The position numbers were made by a program, and so were the translations under genes. A stretch of DNA of 28,322 bases from a virus. Lineage: Duplodnaviria > Heunggongvirae > Uroviricota > Caudoviricetes. Location of the stretch: IMG/VR virus record IMGVR_UViG_2778261641_000008; one strand, 5' to 3'. Of this stretch, positions 8,236-18,396 are shown piece by piece. The notes under the pieces are model-generated. The model made no database searches. It was not told the origin of the DNA and was given only the letters and a program-made list of their open reading frames with translations. Position 1 is the stretch's first letter. Each line of letters opens with the position of its first letter.

Positions 8236-11029
8236 TATCCGGGTCGCTTTCAGCGCCGTTGACAGGCTGACCCGGCCTGCCGAAAACGCCCGCCGCCTGA
8301 TGGGGCAGTTTGGTGACTCCATCCAGCGAACGCAGGGGGCGCTCAAAAATCTCGAGCGTCAGGCGCGTTCATTTGAGCGCGCCCGTGACGCTGTCAGTAA
8401 AGCGGATGCGGGCATCGTGAAAGCACGACGCCAGCTTAACGCCCTTAATCAGTTACAACGCACGGGTACAGTGCTCAGCGAAAAACAACAAAAGCTGATG
8501 CAGCAGTTAAGCACCCGGCTTGAACGCCTGAATGAATCGCGCACACGGGAAATTCAAAAAATGCGGGAGCTTGGCGGAGAGCTGAAACGCCACGGCATTT
8601 CCCTGACAGGCAGCGATAACACCATCCAGCAGGCCATCAGACGCACCGAACAGTACAACAACCAGCTTGAACGCGAACGGCAGGCGCTTGCGCGTGTAAC
8701 GCGGGCGCGTGAGCGGTATTCGCGCGCGCAGGAAACAGCGGGAAAACTGAAAACAGGTGGTGCACTGGCAATTGGTGCGGCAGCGGCGGGCGGCTATGCT
8801 GCCGGGCGTTTTTTGCAGCCTGCGATCGGGTTCGGCAAAGAGATGTCCCGCGTTCAGGCACTGACGCGAATCGACAAAAACAGCCCGCAGTTTAAGGCGC
8901 TGCGTGAGCAGGCGTTAAAACTTGGCTCTGAAACACAGTTTACTGCGAGTGATGCCGCCAGTGGGCAGAGCTTTCTGGCAATGGCTGGTTTTACTCCGCA
9001 GGCCATTCAGGCCGCATTGCCCGGTGTTCTTAATATGGCGCTGGCAGGTGGCGTCGAACTCGGCGAGACGGCTGATATAGGCTCCAATATCCTCACACAG
9101 TTCAACCTGACAGCCGATCAAATGGACCGGGTTGGCGATACGCTGACAGCGGCATTCACCCGGACCAATACTGATTTACGCGCGCTGGGCGAAACCATGA
9201 AGTATACCGGTCCGGTTGCCGCAAAACTTGGTATCAGTCTTGAAGAAGCGGCAGCCATGGCCGGGATGCTTGCCAATAATGGTCTTCGCGGAAGCGATGC
9301 TGGTACGGCCATGCGCGCAAGTCTGTCCCGCCTTGCATCACCGCCAAAAGCTGCGGCTGATGCGCTGAAAGAGCTGGGAGTGTCAGTTGCTGACGCCAGA
9401 GGCAAAATGCGCCCGATGGAGGATGTGCTGCTTGATCTCTATAAGGCGACACAAAAATACGGACAGGTGGACCAGGTTTCCTTCTTCAAGGACATCGCCG
9501 GAGAAGAGGCGTTCGTTGGTTTGCAGACGCTTGTTGCGGCGGCTGGTTCAGGAGAGCTGCAAAAACTGACCAGAGAATTGCAGGGGGCAAGGGGAGAGGC
9601 CGATCGCGTCGCAAAAGTAATGGCCGATAATCTTGATGGGGACCTGAAAAATCTCGATAGCGCATGGGAAGGTCTTCGTATTCGCATCAGTGATCTGGTT
9701 GACGGTCCGCTGCGTTCTGTCACGCAGTGGCTCACGCGGGTGCTTGAAAAAAGCACCTCGCTGGCGCAGGCCCATCCGGTACTGACGCGCCAGCTACTGA
9801 TAGCAGGCGGTGCGTTGCTGGCAATGACTGCAACGATTGGCTCGTTGTCGCTGGTTATTGGGGTGCTTTACGGGAAGCTGGCCACCCTGCGTCTTGGTTT
9901 TGACATTCTTACCCGGTCAATGAATGTCGTCAGGGTGTTGCCTGCGCTGTGGGGAATGGTGACGGGTTCCGTTTCTTTGCTGGGAGGCGCTATCGGGGCG
10001 CTGTTCAGTCCGGTTGGTCTTATCGTGGCTGCGCTTGCCGGAGCTGCCGTTCTTATCTGGAAATACTGGGATCCCATCAGGGCATTTTTTGCCGGGGTGT
10101 TCGGCGGGATTATGGAAAGGCTGACCCCGTTGCGTGAAACCTTTGAACGGTTTGGTCCTGTTTTTGACGCAATCGGAAGCGGGATCAGCCAGGTGTTTAA
10201 CTGGTTTAAATCGCTGCTGTCACCGATGGAGTCCAGCAAGGAAACGCTGGATAAATGTACCAGTGCTGGCGAGATATTCGGTAACGTTCTTGGTGGCGCG
10301 CTACAGCTTGTTCTGACGCCTGCAAAAATGTTGCTGGATACGCTGGCGTGGATACTTGAAAAACTCGGTGTGCTTCCGGATGAAGCGGAAAGGGCGAGAA
10401 AGAAAATCGAAGACGCACAGCGTGCGGCCATTCTTCAGGACAAGGTTGCTCTGTTTCAGGGAGACATTGCGAAAATCAATCCGCCGAAGTCTGCGGAAAA
10501 TGGCAATGGCACCGGAGGCGATAAACCCAAAGACAACAAACCGCTCACAGACAGCAATACCGGCACGCTACGCAGACTCAGCAAAATTGCTGATAACACA
10601 GGTAAGCTGGTTGATGAGACAAAAAAACGTATTGGCCCCGGCGATATTGTCTTTAAGAACCTGCCCCGCGCACTTGCTGTTCGTGGGGAGTGGCAGGAGC
10701 GGAAGATTGCGCAGGTCAGTAAGCCTGCTTCCGCAATCAACATCACACCCGTGGTCCCGGCTCTGCTGCCTCCGGCGCTGGTCCCTGTTGTTGCGGCCAG
10801 CTCCCGCCCGGTGGCGGAGGCCATACGATCGCCAGTGGCATCAGTTCCTGCAACTTCCCGTAACCGGGAGCCTGTTGTCTCCGGATTTGGCGGTGAAATT
10901 CATGTTCATCTGCATAACGTTGTTACGCAGAATCCCCGCGAACTGGCGAAACTGGTCGGTGAAATGGTCAGGGCAGAGGTGGAACGGCGTGCTCGTGCCG
11001 GACGTGGCAGTTTTTACGATAAAGATTGA
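8213..11029 (+). CDS. T: Tail tape measure protein (P2 T)
   Basis: 938 aa; coiled-coil N-terminal half, Gly/Ala-rich hydrophobic middle segment, position between E/E' and U. Confidence 0.9.
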   Translation: MQIMKTLDIRVAFSAVDRLTRPAENARRLMGQFGDSIQRTQGALKNLERQARSFERARDAVSKADAGIVKARRQLNALNQLQRTGTVLSEKQQKLMQQLSTRLERLNESRTREIQKMRELGGELKRHGISLTGSDNTIQQAIRRTEQYNNQLERERQALARVTRARERYSRAQETAGKLKTGGALAIGAAAAGGYAAGRFLQPAIGFGKEMSRVQALTRIDKNSPQFKALREQALKLGSETQFTASDAASGQSFLAMAGFTPQAIQAALPGVLNMALAGGVELGETADIGSNILTQFNLTADQMDRVGDTLTAAFTRTNTDLRALGETMKYTGPVAAKLGISLEEAAAMAGMLANNGLRGSDAGTAMRASLSRLASPPKAAADALKELGVSVADARGKMRPMEDVLLDLYKATQKYGQVDQVSFFKDIAGEEAFVGLQTLVAAAGSGELQKLTRELQGARGEADRVAKVMADNLDGDLKNLDSAWEGLRIRISDLVDGPLRSVTQWLTRVLEKSTSLAQAHPVLTRQLLIAGGALLAMTATIGSLSLVIGVLYGKLATLRLGFDILTRSMNVVRVLPALWGMVTGSVSLLGGAIGALFSPVGLIVAALAGAAVLIWKYWDPIRAFFAGVFGGIMERLTPLRETFERFGPVFDAIGSGISQVFNWFKSLLSPMESSKETLDKCTSAGEIFGNVLGGALQLVLTPAKMLLDTLAWILEKLGVLPDEAERARKKIEDAQRAAILQDKVALFQGDIAKINPPKSAENGNGTGGDKPKDNKPLTDSNTGTLRRLSKIADNTGKLVDETKKRIGPGDIVFKNLPRALAVRGEWQERKIAQVSKPASAINITPVVPALLPPALVPVVAASSRPVAEAIRSPVASVPATSRNREPVVSGFGGEIHVHLHNVVTQNPRELAKLVGEMVRAEVERRARAGRGSFYDKD

Positions 11030-11035
11030 GGAGTC

Positions 11036-11530
11036 ATGGCCATGATGATGATCTACGGCATGTTTGTTTTTGAGCTGCGCACATTGCCGCATCAGCAGTT
11101 ACAGCAAAACAAAAGCTGGCGGCATGTGAAAAATGAACGCGTTAACCGTTCAGCAAGCTGGCAGTATATCGGCGCAGGTGATGATCGCATCGTGCTTTCC
11201 GGCGTGCTTTATCCTGAAATTACAGGTGGCGAAGTGTCGCTTTCGTTGCTGACCACACAGGCATATACAGGACGCCCCTGGCCTCTGATTGATGGTGTCG
11301 GGCAGATTTACGGCATGTATGTACTGACTGAAACGAATACGACCCGTTCCGAGTTTGATCGCTACGGTAAGGCGAAAAAGATAGAATTTTCACTGACCCT
11401 TGAACGCTGTGATGAGGATTTGCGGGAGCGTCTGCAATCCTCATCGTTCAGTGATATGCTGTCCGGCTTCAAAGATAAGGTCACATCATCCCTTAACAGC
11501 GCGGCCAGTTCAGTTAAAGGACTGTTCTGA
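11036..11530 (+). CDS. U: Tail protein gpU
   Basis: 164 aa; MAMMMIYGMFVFELRTLPHQ...WRH...GVLYPEITGG..WPL..G resembles P2 gpU. Confidence 0.85.
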   Translation: MAMMMIYGMFVFELRTLPHQQLQQNKSWRHVKNERVNRSASWQYIGAGDDRIVLSGVLYPEITGGEVSLSLLTTQAYTGRPWPLIDGVGQIYGMYVLTETNTTRSEFDRYGKAKKIEFSLTLERCDEDLRERLQSSSFSDMLSGFKDKVTSSLNSAASSVKGLF

Positions 11531-11626
11531 TTTTACATTGCCGCTAATACCCTCATATTGGGTAATGGGCGGCTTGTTGTTATATAATATATCGTAGGTC
11601 CTGATAAAACTGTTGAGGTTTCTACT

Positions 11627-12805
11627 TTATAAAGAATTGCTACTTTCTAATTCTGGGTTTCTGGATCTATTTTTACAACCTAAATCCGAGTGGTAATTCG
11701 GTATATCGTTTGTCAAATCTTGTTTGATAGCATTAATTAAGATCATTATGTCGAATTTATGCATATCGTCGCCCCCTTCAGACCTTAGATGTTCGGATGT
11801 GGTGAGTTGAGTCGCTAATTTGCTGTTTGGCCCCCACACAATATTATTTTCGAATTTTCCTTCATGCATTCTGTTATTATATATACAGTATTGTCTAATG
11901 TTTAATGCACTGGCTAAATGTACAATGGCAGTATCTACAGTTATAACAAAATCAGCATGGCGAACCAATGCAAATGAACATCCGGCATCAGAAAATGGAG
12001 ATAGAGACACATTATCCAATCCATTGTGATTAATCTGTTTTCCCATATTAAAAACTATTGTGTGATATCCCTTAAGGTTATTAAGGTAAGCTAGTACTTT
12101 GTTTATCTGTTCATCAGATAAGGTTCTGCTATTCTGAGAGCCATAAGGGTTAAATATAACTAATTTTTTGTTTTTCTTCCTGAATTCATTTGCAACAATA
12201 TTTGCTGGTTCATATATTTTGTTGTCAAAATTAAGCGCTGCAGCATAATTATTATTTTTTATCTTTAGTAAAGATAAAACTTTTTTCATTCTTTCAGATG
12301 TGTGAATGGAACGATTATCGATTATATTTGTATCAAAAATAGTTACGGCAGGATGATTAAAACAGATAGAGTGTTTAGGTCTAAGTAAATGTAGTGTTTG
12401 CAATCTGGTTATCGCTGTGTTATCAAAATTTGAGAAGTCAACAACAAGATCTACATTCAGTTTTTTTATCTTTGCTTTTAGTTCGTTAAATTTATTTTTC
12501 TCGTAAGATATAAAGGCATCCACGCCAACAATATCAGTAAAGAGGAATGATACTCTTGAAGGTGCTATCACATATACCACCATACCGGATTTTTGAAGTT
12601 GTTTAATAAACCCTGAGGTAACGATGCCGTCACCAATGGCTTGCATGTGCATGAAAATGCACACTGTTTTATAACTATCCGGCTGTAATGATGTTTTCCT
12701 TCTGTATCGCATTTTTAGAAATGCCAGTCTGGCCTTCGTCTTTATCTTTTTTGTTTTAATATTTCGCTGTCTGTTAAGCTGTTTTAATGATGAAATAACA
12801 TTCAT
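11627..12805 (-). CDS. Glycosyltransferase family 9 (LPS heptosyltransferase-like) protein; AT-rich cargo
   Basis: Track ORF is 11627-12865 with a TTG start; ATG candidates at 12835, 12805 and 12712, start unresolved. N-terminal KTVCIFMHMQAIGDGIV and C-terminal FVITVDTAIVHLASALN resemble the WaaC/WaaF-type signatures (SSMGDV and VDTGLSHLAAAL). Confidence 0.65.
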   Translation of the reverse strand: MNVISSLKQLNRQRNIKTKKIKTKARLAFLKMRYRRKTSLQPDSYKTVCIFMHMQAIGDGIVTSGFIKQLQKSGMVVYVIAPSRVSFLFTDIVGVDAFISYEKNKFNELKAKIKKLNVDLVVDFSNFDNTAITRLQTLHLLRPKHSICFNHPAVTIFDTNIIDNRSIHTSERMKKVLSLLKIKNNNYAAALNFDNKIYEPANIVANEFRKKNKKLVIFNPYGSQNSRTLSDEQINKVLAYLNNLKGYHTIVFNMGKQINHNGLDNVSLSPFSDAGCSFALVRHADFVITVDTAIVHLASALNIRQYCIYNNRMHEGKFENNIVWGPNSKLATQLTTSEHLRSEGGDDMHKFDIMILINAIKQDLTNDIPNYHSDLGCKNRSRNPELESSNSL

Positions 12806-12899
12806 AATGGTACCCTGAAATTCCAAATCACACATGTCATCCGAAATGAGCAGGGTACTATACAAAAAACTGGACTACAATGGTTTGAAATGAAAGCCT

Positions 12900-13499
12900 T
12901 TATGCTTGTTTACTCCTTGATTCCACTGGGGAAGCTGGCCACTCAATATCCGGTGCTCTTGATGTATCAACACGGTTCAGCAGCACTCGATACTTCTTCC
13001 AGGCTTCCAGCAACGAGATTTCTTCCTCCGTTGCGATTTCCAGATCTACAGCATCCTGAAGTGGCGCAATATGCTCACTGGCTACCTGCATCAGGCTGTT
13101 TTTTGTTTCTTCTGCCTCCCGGATCCGGAACAGTTTTTCTGCTTCCGTATCCTTCACCCAGGCTGTGCCGTTCCACTTCTGATATTCCCCTCCCGGCGAC
13201 AACCAGGTAACATTTTCCGGTAACGGACCGAGTTCAGAAATAAATAACGCGTCGCCGGAAGCCACGTCATAAACCGTTTTACCACGATGATCTTCAACGA
13301 GATGCCAAGACGCCCCATCACTGTTGAAAACAGCCACGAAGCCAGCTGGAATATCTGGCGGAGCAATATCAGTACTATTTGCAGGCAGACCTGTATGAGG
13401 TGGAATGTATGCATCACCTTCACCAATAAATTCATTGGTTCCGACCAGCAGATTATAAATTTTTATGGTTCGTGGTTGTTCACTCATTCTGAATGCCAT
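12900..13499 (-). CDS. G: Tail fibre assembly protein (P2 G / Tfa family)
   Basis: 199 aa immediately downstream of the tail-fibre fragment; sequence typical of tail-fibre assembly chaperones. Confidence 0.8.
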   Translation of the reverse strand: MAFRMSEQPRTIKIYNLLVGTNEFIGEGDAYIPPHTGLPANSTDIAPPDIPAGFVAVFNSDGASWHLVEDHRGKTVYDVASGDALFISELGPLPENVTWLSPGGEYQKWNGTAWVKDTEAEKLFRIREAEETKNSLMQVASEHIAPLQDAVDLEIATEEEISLLEAWKKYRVLLNRVDTSRAPDIEWPASPVESRSKQA

Positions 13500-14611
13500 T
13501 ATGCAAGCCTCACAATATAGTTAAATGCGATGTTTTTTACGGTGTTTTCCGCGTTGCCATAAGCGGCAATGGTAATGGTGTGTGTGTGCGAACCAATAGC
13601 GAGCGTATGTGTATGCGCACCTATTGCTACTGTGTGAGTATGAGCTCCTGCGCTTAATACGCGATTACTTGCTGTCTTGCTTGTGTTAGTTGCATGCATT
13701 CCACCACCGGTACCGGGAGTTTCTGCGTATGCTGAAGTATTGTTGTAAGCAAAGTTGTGTGTATGTGCTCCGGTGTTATTTGTGGATTTAGTTCCGTAAT
13801 CAAACGACGATGTGGTTTTCGTCCCCAAATCCGTACTGGATGCGCTGGCGCTGTGGGTGTGCGATTTAATGCCGTCCTGTTCCTGAGACAATACGGCCCG
13901 ACCACTGGCAGGTTTGCCCTTAATCGTCCAGCCACGCATATCAGGGATCACGCCTGACGGATAAGCGACTGCAAGTTTCGGGTAGGCAGATTTGTCAAAA
14001 GTCTGCCCCTGCATCAGGGCATAACCAGACGGAACGGTATCCGATGGCCACGGGATTGGTGCGCCAGGCGGATAAAACTGCTCTGATGGCGTATAGAGTG
14101 AATAAACTGTACCGTCCGTTAACCCTTCCGGCTTATTAGCAGAATATGCTGGTGACGGATGAATCGTTACGCTGGCATTACTGGTATAATCCCATTGAAT
14201 ATTTACACCAGTCGCATAATTTCCGATTGCAACGTAAATATCGTAAGTATCACCAGATGTATTGACCCAGGCAAAATTTGTAAACCCTGCCGATGTGCGC
14301 TGCCATAAAGCACCAGTAATCCCCTTCGGATTACCATTACCTGCACGCAAAACAATTTCAGATATACCTGCCTGTTGAGGTGAACCGACGTTATATCCAG
14401 CGCCACCAATCAACGTAATTGAAACAACAGAACTCGCCTGTGGCATGGTTACCGTTGCTAATTTGAACCAACCAGCACCACCTCTGAATGACATTGTTGT
14501 TGAGTTAAGCGTACCAATATCTTTCGGTGTCAGTGTTATATCCGCTGAAAGCGCCTTACCATTCACCTTACGGGCAGAAGGTAACGGTTTTAAATTTTCG
14601 TGTTGTGGTAC
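13499..14611 (-). pseudogene. H: C-terminal fragment of tail fibre protein (P2 H-like); N-terminal part missing
   Basis: The frame opens at 14611 with no credible start (track start 14566 is GTG). C-terminal GAHTHT repeats ([24 protein letters not shown]). The upstream neighbour is truncated O rather than the baseplate genes. Confidence 0.7.
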
Positions 14612-14958
14612 TCATGCTTAATCGTCCGGATACTGGAATAGATTTTCTTGCCGTCAGCGACAAGCTGCTTCATGCGCTCGGTCGGTTCGATTTCTGCATA
14701 CAGCGCAGTACGTCCGGCCAGCGGGCCTTCCGTAATATCTTCCGTACTCAGCGCGGTGACATCGCCCATTGCGGAAAATTCGCTTGACGGGCATGGCGAG
14801 AGATAGTGCTCAACGTTCACGCGGGCAGCGTAAACATCCGGGTTGAAGTTCTCGGCGGCTTCACGCAGATGTACCGGGCTGATTTCGCGGCCATCAACAG
14901 TTGATCCGGAGACAGCCACGCGAAACTTTTTGCGGAATGTCTTTTTTTCATTAGCCAT
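14590..14958 (-). pseudogene. O: N-terminal fragment of capsid scaffold/protease gpO, about 122 of the roughly 280 aa expected
   Basis: MANEKKTFRKKFRVAVSGSTVDGREISPVHLREAAENFNPDVYAARVNVEHY parallels the P2 gpO N-terminus as I recall it. The ORF ends after KKIYSSI plus 12 unrelated residues, directly beside the tail-fibre fragment. Confidence 0.7.
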
Positions 14959-15112
14959 AGTTTTTGCCCCTCTGACTGGTTCTTCAGTCATGATGGCAAA
15001 GCGTAACAGGCTGATACAAAGGGCTTTTGTTGTAAGAAAACGGCCAGAACAGGGGGTTAAGGAGAACGGTTTCGCGCGCGGGTAATCTTCCTGTAATTAC
15101 TCAGGGGGAGCA

Positions 15113-16864
15113 ATGATTCAGGACGCTTTTGTGCGCCAGCGTGCGCGGCAACTTTACTGGCAGGGTTATCCGCCCGCAGAAATATCACGTCTGATGGGAA
15201 TAAACCCGAACACGATTTATGCGTGGAAAAAACGCGACCAGTGGGATGAAACGCCACCCGTGCAGCGTGTCACGCAGTCCATCGATGCGCGCCTCATCCA
15301 GCTTACTGAAAAACAGAATAAAACAGGCGGTGACTTTAAGGAAATAGACCTGCTGACCCGGCAGCTTAAAAAGCTGCATGATGGCCAGCCGGATGTGATG
15401 GCCGCAGGAAAGAAAGGCCGGGCGAAAAAACTCAAAAATCATTTCACGCCGGAACAGATTGCCGCACTGCGGGAAAAAATCATCAGCAGGCTGGAGTGGC
15501 ATCAGCGGGGCTGGTTTGACTCCCTGACACTTTGCAGGGAAGCCGGGATACGTAACAGGATGATCCTGAAATCCCGACAGATTGGGGCGACCTGGTATTT
15601 TGCACAGGAAGCTCTGCTGATGGCGCTGCGTGACGATGTGGCGCAACCTTACCAGCGTAACCAGATTTTTTTGTCTGCGTCGCGTCGTCAGGCGTTCCAG
15701 TTTAAAAGCATTATTCAGAAGGCCGCGGCTGAAGTTGATGTGGAGCTGAAAGGGGGCGATAAAATCATCCTCTCCAACGGCGCAGAGCTGCATTTTCTCG
15801 GCACTTCTGCTGCGTCGGCACAGTCCTATACGGGCAATTTTTATTTTGATGAATTTTTCTGGGTCAGTCGCTTTGCTGAACTGCGCAAGGTGGCTGGCGC
15901 TATGGCAACCCTCAGCGGACTGCGGCGCACCTACTTCTCCACGCCATCCACCGAAACGCACGAGGCATACGCCTACTGGAACGGCGACCGCTGGAACGAG
16001 AAAAAGGCCTCGCATAAACGCCAGCGTTTTTCTGTGGACAGGAAAACGCTGCATAACGGGCTTATCTGCCCTGACCGGACGTGGCGGCAAATTGTCACGC
16101 TGGAAGATGTGGTTAATCACGGCTGGAAACACACCGATATTGACGAAATCCGTGATGAAAACACCGAAGACGAGTTCCTCAATCTCTATATGTGTGAGTT
16201 TGTTCGCGAAGGGGAATCGGCATTTAACCTGAATATCCTGATTGGCTGCGGTGTTGACGGATACGACGACTGGAAAGACTGGAAACCTTTTGCTCCCCGC
16301 CCGATGGGGAATCGTCCGGTATGGATTGGGTATGACGCAAACGGCAGCAGTGGCAACGGCGACAGCGGCGCTGTGTCCGTGGTGGTTCCTCCGGCTGTTC
16401 CTGGTGGCCGTTTTCGAACGGTGGAGACGCGACGCGTTCAGGGGCTGGAGTTTGAAGAACAGGCCAGAGTCATTGAAGAGTTCACGTATCGTTACAACGT
16501 GGAACACATCGGCATTGATGTGACGGGCGGGAACGGGGAGGCTGTTTATCAGATAGTGAAACGGTTTTTCCCTGCTGCTATTCCGTACACCTTCACGCTG
16601 TCATCAAAACGGTCTCTGGTACTGAAAATGCTGCAAATAATGCGTGCCGGGCGGTGGGAATACGATCGCGCCGAACGCGAGCTGGTCGCGGCCTTTAACG
16701 CCGTGCGTAAGGTGAAAACACCGGGCGGCTTTATCACTTACGAAACGGACCGCGCGAGGGGGATCAGCCACGGCGACCTTGCGTGGGCAACCATGCTTGC
16801 TGTCATTAACGAACCGATTGGCGGCGAAGGAGAAAACGAGCGTTTCACGGTTATGGAGTTCTGA
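15113..16864 (+). CDS. P: Terminase large (ATPase) subunit, P2 gpP
   Basis: 583 aa; divergent from O and followed by the portal gene with an ATGA overlap, as in the P2 Q-P / O arrangement. Confidence 0.9.
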   Translation: MIQDAFVRQRARQLYWQGYPPAEISRLMGINPNTIYAWKKRDQWDETPPVQRVTQSIDARLIQLTEKQNKTGGDFKEIDLLTRQLKKLHDGQPDVMAAGKKGRAKKLKNHFTPEQIAALREKIISRLEWHQRGWFDSLTLCREAGIRNRMILKSRQIGATWYFAQEALLMALRDDVAQPYQRNQIFLSASRRQAFQFKSIIQKAAAEVDVELKGGDKIILSNGAELHFLGTSAASAQSYTGNFYFDEFFWVSRFAELRKVAGAMATLSGLRRTYFSTPSTETHEAYAYWNGDRWNEKKASHKRQRFSVDRKTLHNGLICPDRTWRQIVTLEDVVNHGWKHTDIDEIRDENTEDEFLNLYMCEFVREGESAFNLNILIGCGVDGYDDWKDWKPFAPRPMGNRPVWIGYDANGSSGNGDSGAVSVVVPPAVPGGRFRTVETRRVQGLEFEEQARVIEEFTYRYNVEHIGIDVTGGNGEAVYQIVKRFFPAAIPYTFTLSSKRSLVLKMLQIMRAGRWEYDRAERELVAAFNAVRKVKTPGGFITYETDRARGISHGDLAWATMLAVINEPIGGEGENERFTVMEF

Positions 16865-17910
16865 TGAGCAGAAAAAATAAAAAAGTGCGCATGAGTTCAC
16901 GCATTGATCTCGCTGATGCGCTCAGGAAAGAATCATCGCTCAGTGCATTCACATTTGATGGTCCTTATCGCCTGACCGGGCATGACCTGCTGGACAATAT
17001 GTACTGTGCTGATAACGGGCGGTGGTATGAAACCCCGGTGGACTGGTACGGTCTGGCAAGAGCAGCCCGGCAAACGTCCTGGCATCAGTCTGCGCTTTAC
17101 TTTAAGCGCAATGTATTACTCGGTTGCTACATCCCGCACCCGCTGCTTTCCCGGCAGGATTTCTCGGCGCTGGCGCTGGACTGGTTTGTGTTCGGTAACG
17201 CATTCCTTGAGCTTCGAAGCAATATGCTCGGCGAACCGCTTAAATTACGGCACGCACTGGCGAAATACATGCGACGCGGAAGCGATCTTGAATCATGGTG
17301 GTATGTGCAGGATGGCAAGGACGCGTTTCAGTTTCGCCCTGGCAAAGTGTGCCACCTGATGAATCCGGACATTAACCAGGAAATTTACGGCATGCCGGAA
17401 TATCTTGGCGCATTACTCTCGGCCAGCCTGTCTCATTCGGCGGACATGTTCAGAAAACTGTATTACGACAATGGATCCCACGCCGGGTGCATCATCTACA
17501 TCGGTGCAGCGCAGGTAAACCGCGAAAGCATGGACTCCCTGAAAGAAACGTTACAGGGTGCGCGTGGTAGTGGTGCGTTTAAAAACGTGCTCATCCATGC
17601 GCCCAACGGGGGCAAAGAGGGGGTGCAAATTTTGCCGTTCCAGCAGATCACCGCAAAGGATGAGTTCATGAATGTTAAGGCGGCATCCCGTGATGATGTG
17701 CTGGCTGCGCACCGCGTTCCGCCGCAACTGATGGGGGCGATGCCGGGCGAAAAAAGTGCGTTTGGTGATGTGGAGAAGGCCGCGCGGGTTTACGCAATTA
17801 ACGAGCTGATGCCCGTCATGGAGGCCATGAAGCACATCAATGACTGGCTTGGCGAAGAGGTGATCCGCTTTAACCCTTACGCACTGTTAGACACCCAGTC
17901 CACATCCTGA
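16864..17910 (+). CDS. Q: Portal protein, P2 gpQ
   Basis: 348 aa; position and size as for P2 Q; transcribed toward the expected cos end. Confidence 0.9.
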   Translation: MSRKNKKVRMSSRIDLADALRKESSLSAFTFDGPYRLTGHDLLDNMYCADNGRWYETPVDWYGLARAARQTSWHQSALYFKRNVLLGCYIPHPLLSRQDFSALALDWFVFGNAFLELRSNMLGEPLKLRHALAKYMRRGSDLESWWYVQDGKDAFQFRPGKVCHLMNPDINQEIYGMPEYLGALLSASLSHSADMFRKLYYDNGSHAGCIIYIGAAQVNRESMDSLKETLQGARGSGAFKNVLIHAPNGGKEGVQILPFQQITAKDEFMNVKAASRDDVLAAHRVPPQLMGAMPGEKSAFGDVEKAARVYAINELMPVMEAMKHINDWLGEEVIRFNPYALLDTQSTS

Positions 17911-17937
17911 CGCGCTTCGCTTGTCTGCTGCTTCGCC

Positions 17938-17960
17938 GGGGCATAAAAAATTTATGCCCC
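17938..17960. other. 10-bp-stem hairpin (GGGGCATAAA aaa TTTATGCCCC) just after the portal gene, in the presumed cos-proximal region
   Basis: Read directly from the sequence; no U-tract follows. Confidence 0.6.
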
Positions 17961-18363
17961 GACTCTCCAGCTCCTGTATCAGTCAGATAATTTCACGACG
18001 CCTTCCAGTTTATCGCCACCATCGACAGTCAGACTCTTACGCAATCCCACCGCGTTGACTGCATGTTCTCGCCGTCTCAGTGCGATTTTGACGGCCTTAC
18101 CTTTCACCCCATCAAATCAAAAGCCCTCACGTCTTTTTCACGCTCAGCGTGAGAAATACAACCATTCTGTTGTATCTCTGCGACATCGTTCAAGGAATGC
18201 TATTTACCCCCTGAAACGCGGGCTGTTCCCCCGTCACCTGCGCGCAGAAAAAACGCGTTTTTTTGTGCACGTACGGATCCTTGACGGATCCAGCCACCAC
18301 GCGGGCCGGAAGTACAAAAAGTCGTTCAAAAAAATTGTGCAAACTTGTGCACTATCGTGCAAA

Positions 18364-18388
18364 CAAAAAAAGCGCCTTATCGGCGCTT
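18364..18388 (-). terminator. Rho-independent terminator for the 18397-18666 gene
   Basis: On the minus strand, stem AAGCGCC/GGCGCTT with a 5-nt loop is followed by T7 (complement of A-run 18364-18370). Confidence 0.65.
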
Positions 18389-18396
18389 CAAAAGTA

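Noticed and set aside
8637-10824. Many ORFs of 60-190 aa on both strands inside the tape measure gene
   Set aside because: Shadow ORFs within a long GC-rich coding region; the 938-aa frame accounts for the sequence.
13520-13640. Repetitive DNA encoding GAHTHT repeats near the tail-fibre C-terminus
   Set aside because: A coding repeat typical of tail-fibre C-termini, not a CRISPR array or mobile-element repeat.
14959-15112. Ogr-type late promoter boxes (TGT-N12-ACA) in the divergent O/P interval
   Set aside because: Only a TGT-N15-ACA arrangement and an unrelated palindrome TGACTGgttcttCAGTCA at 14981-14998 were found; no site could be called by eye.
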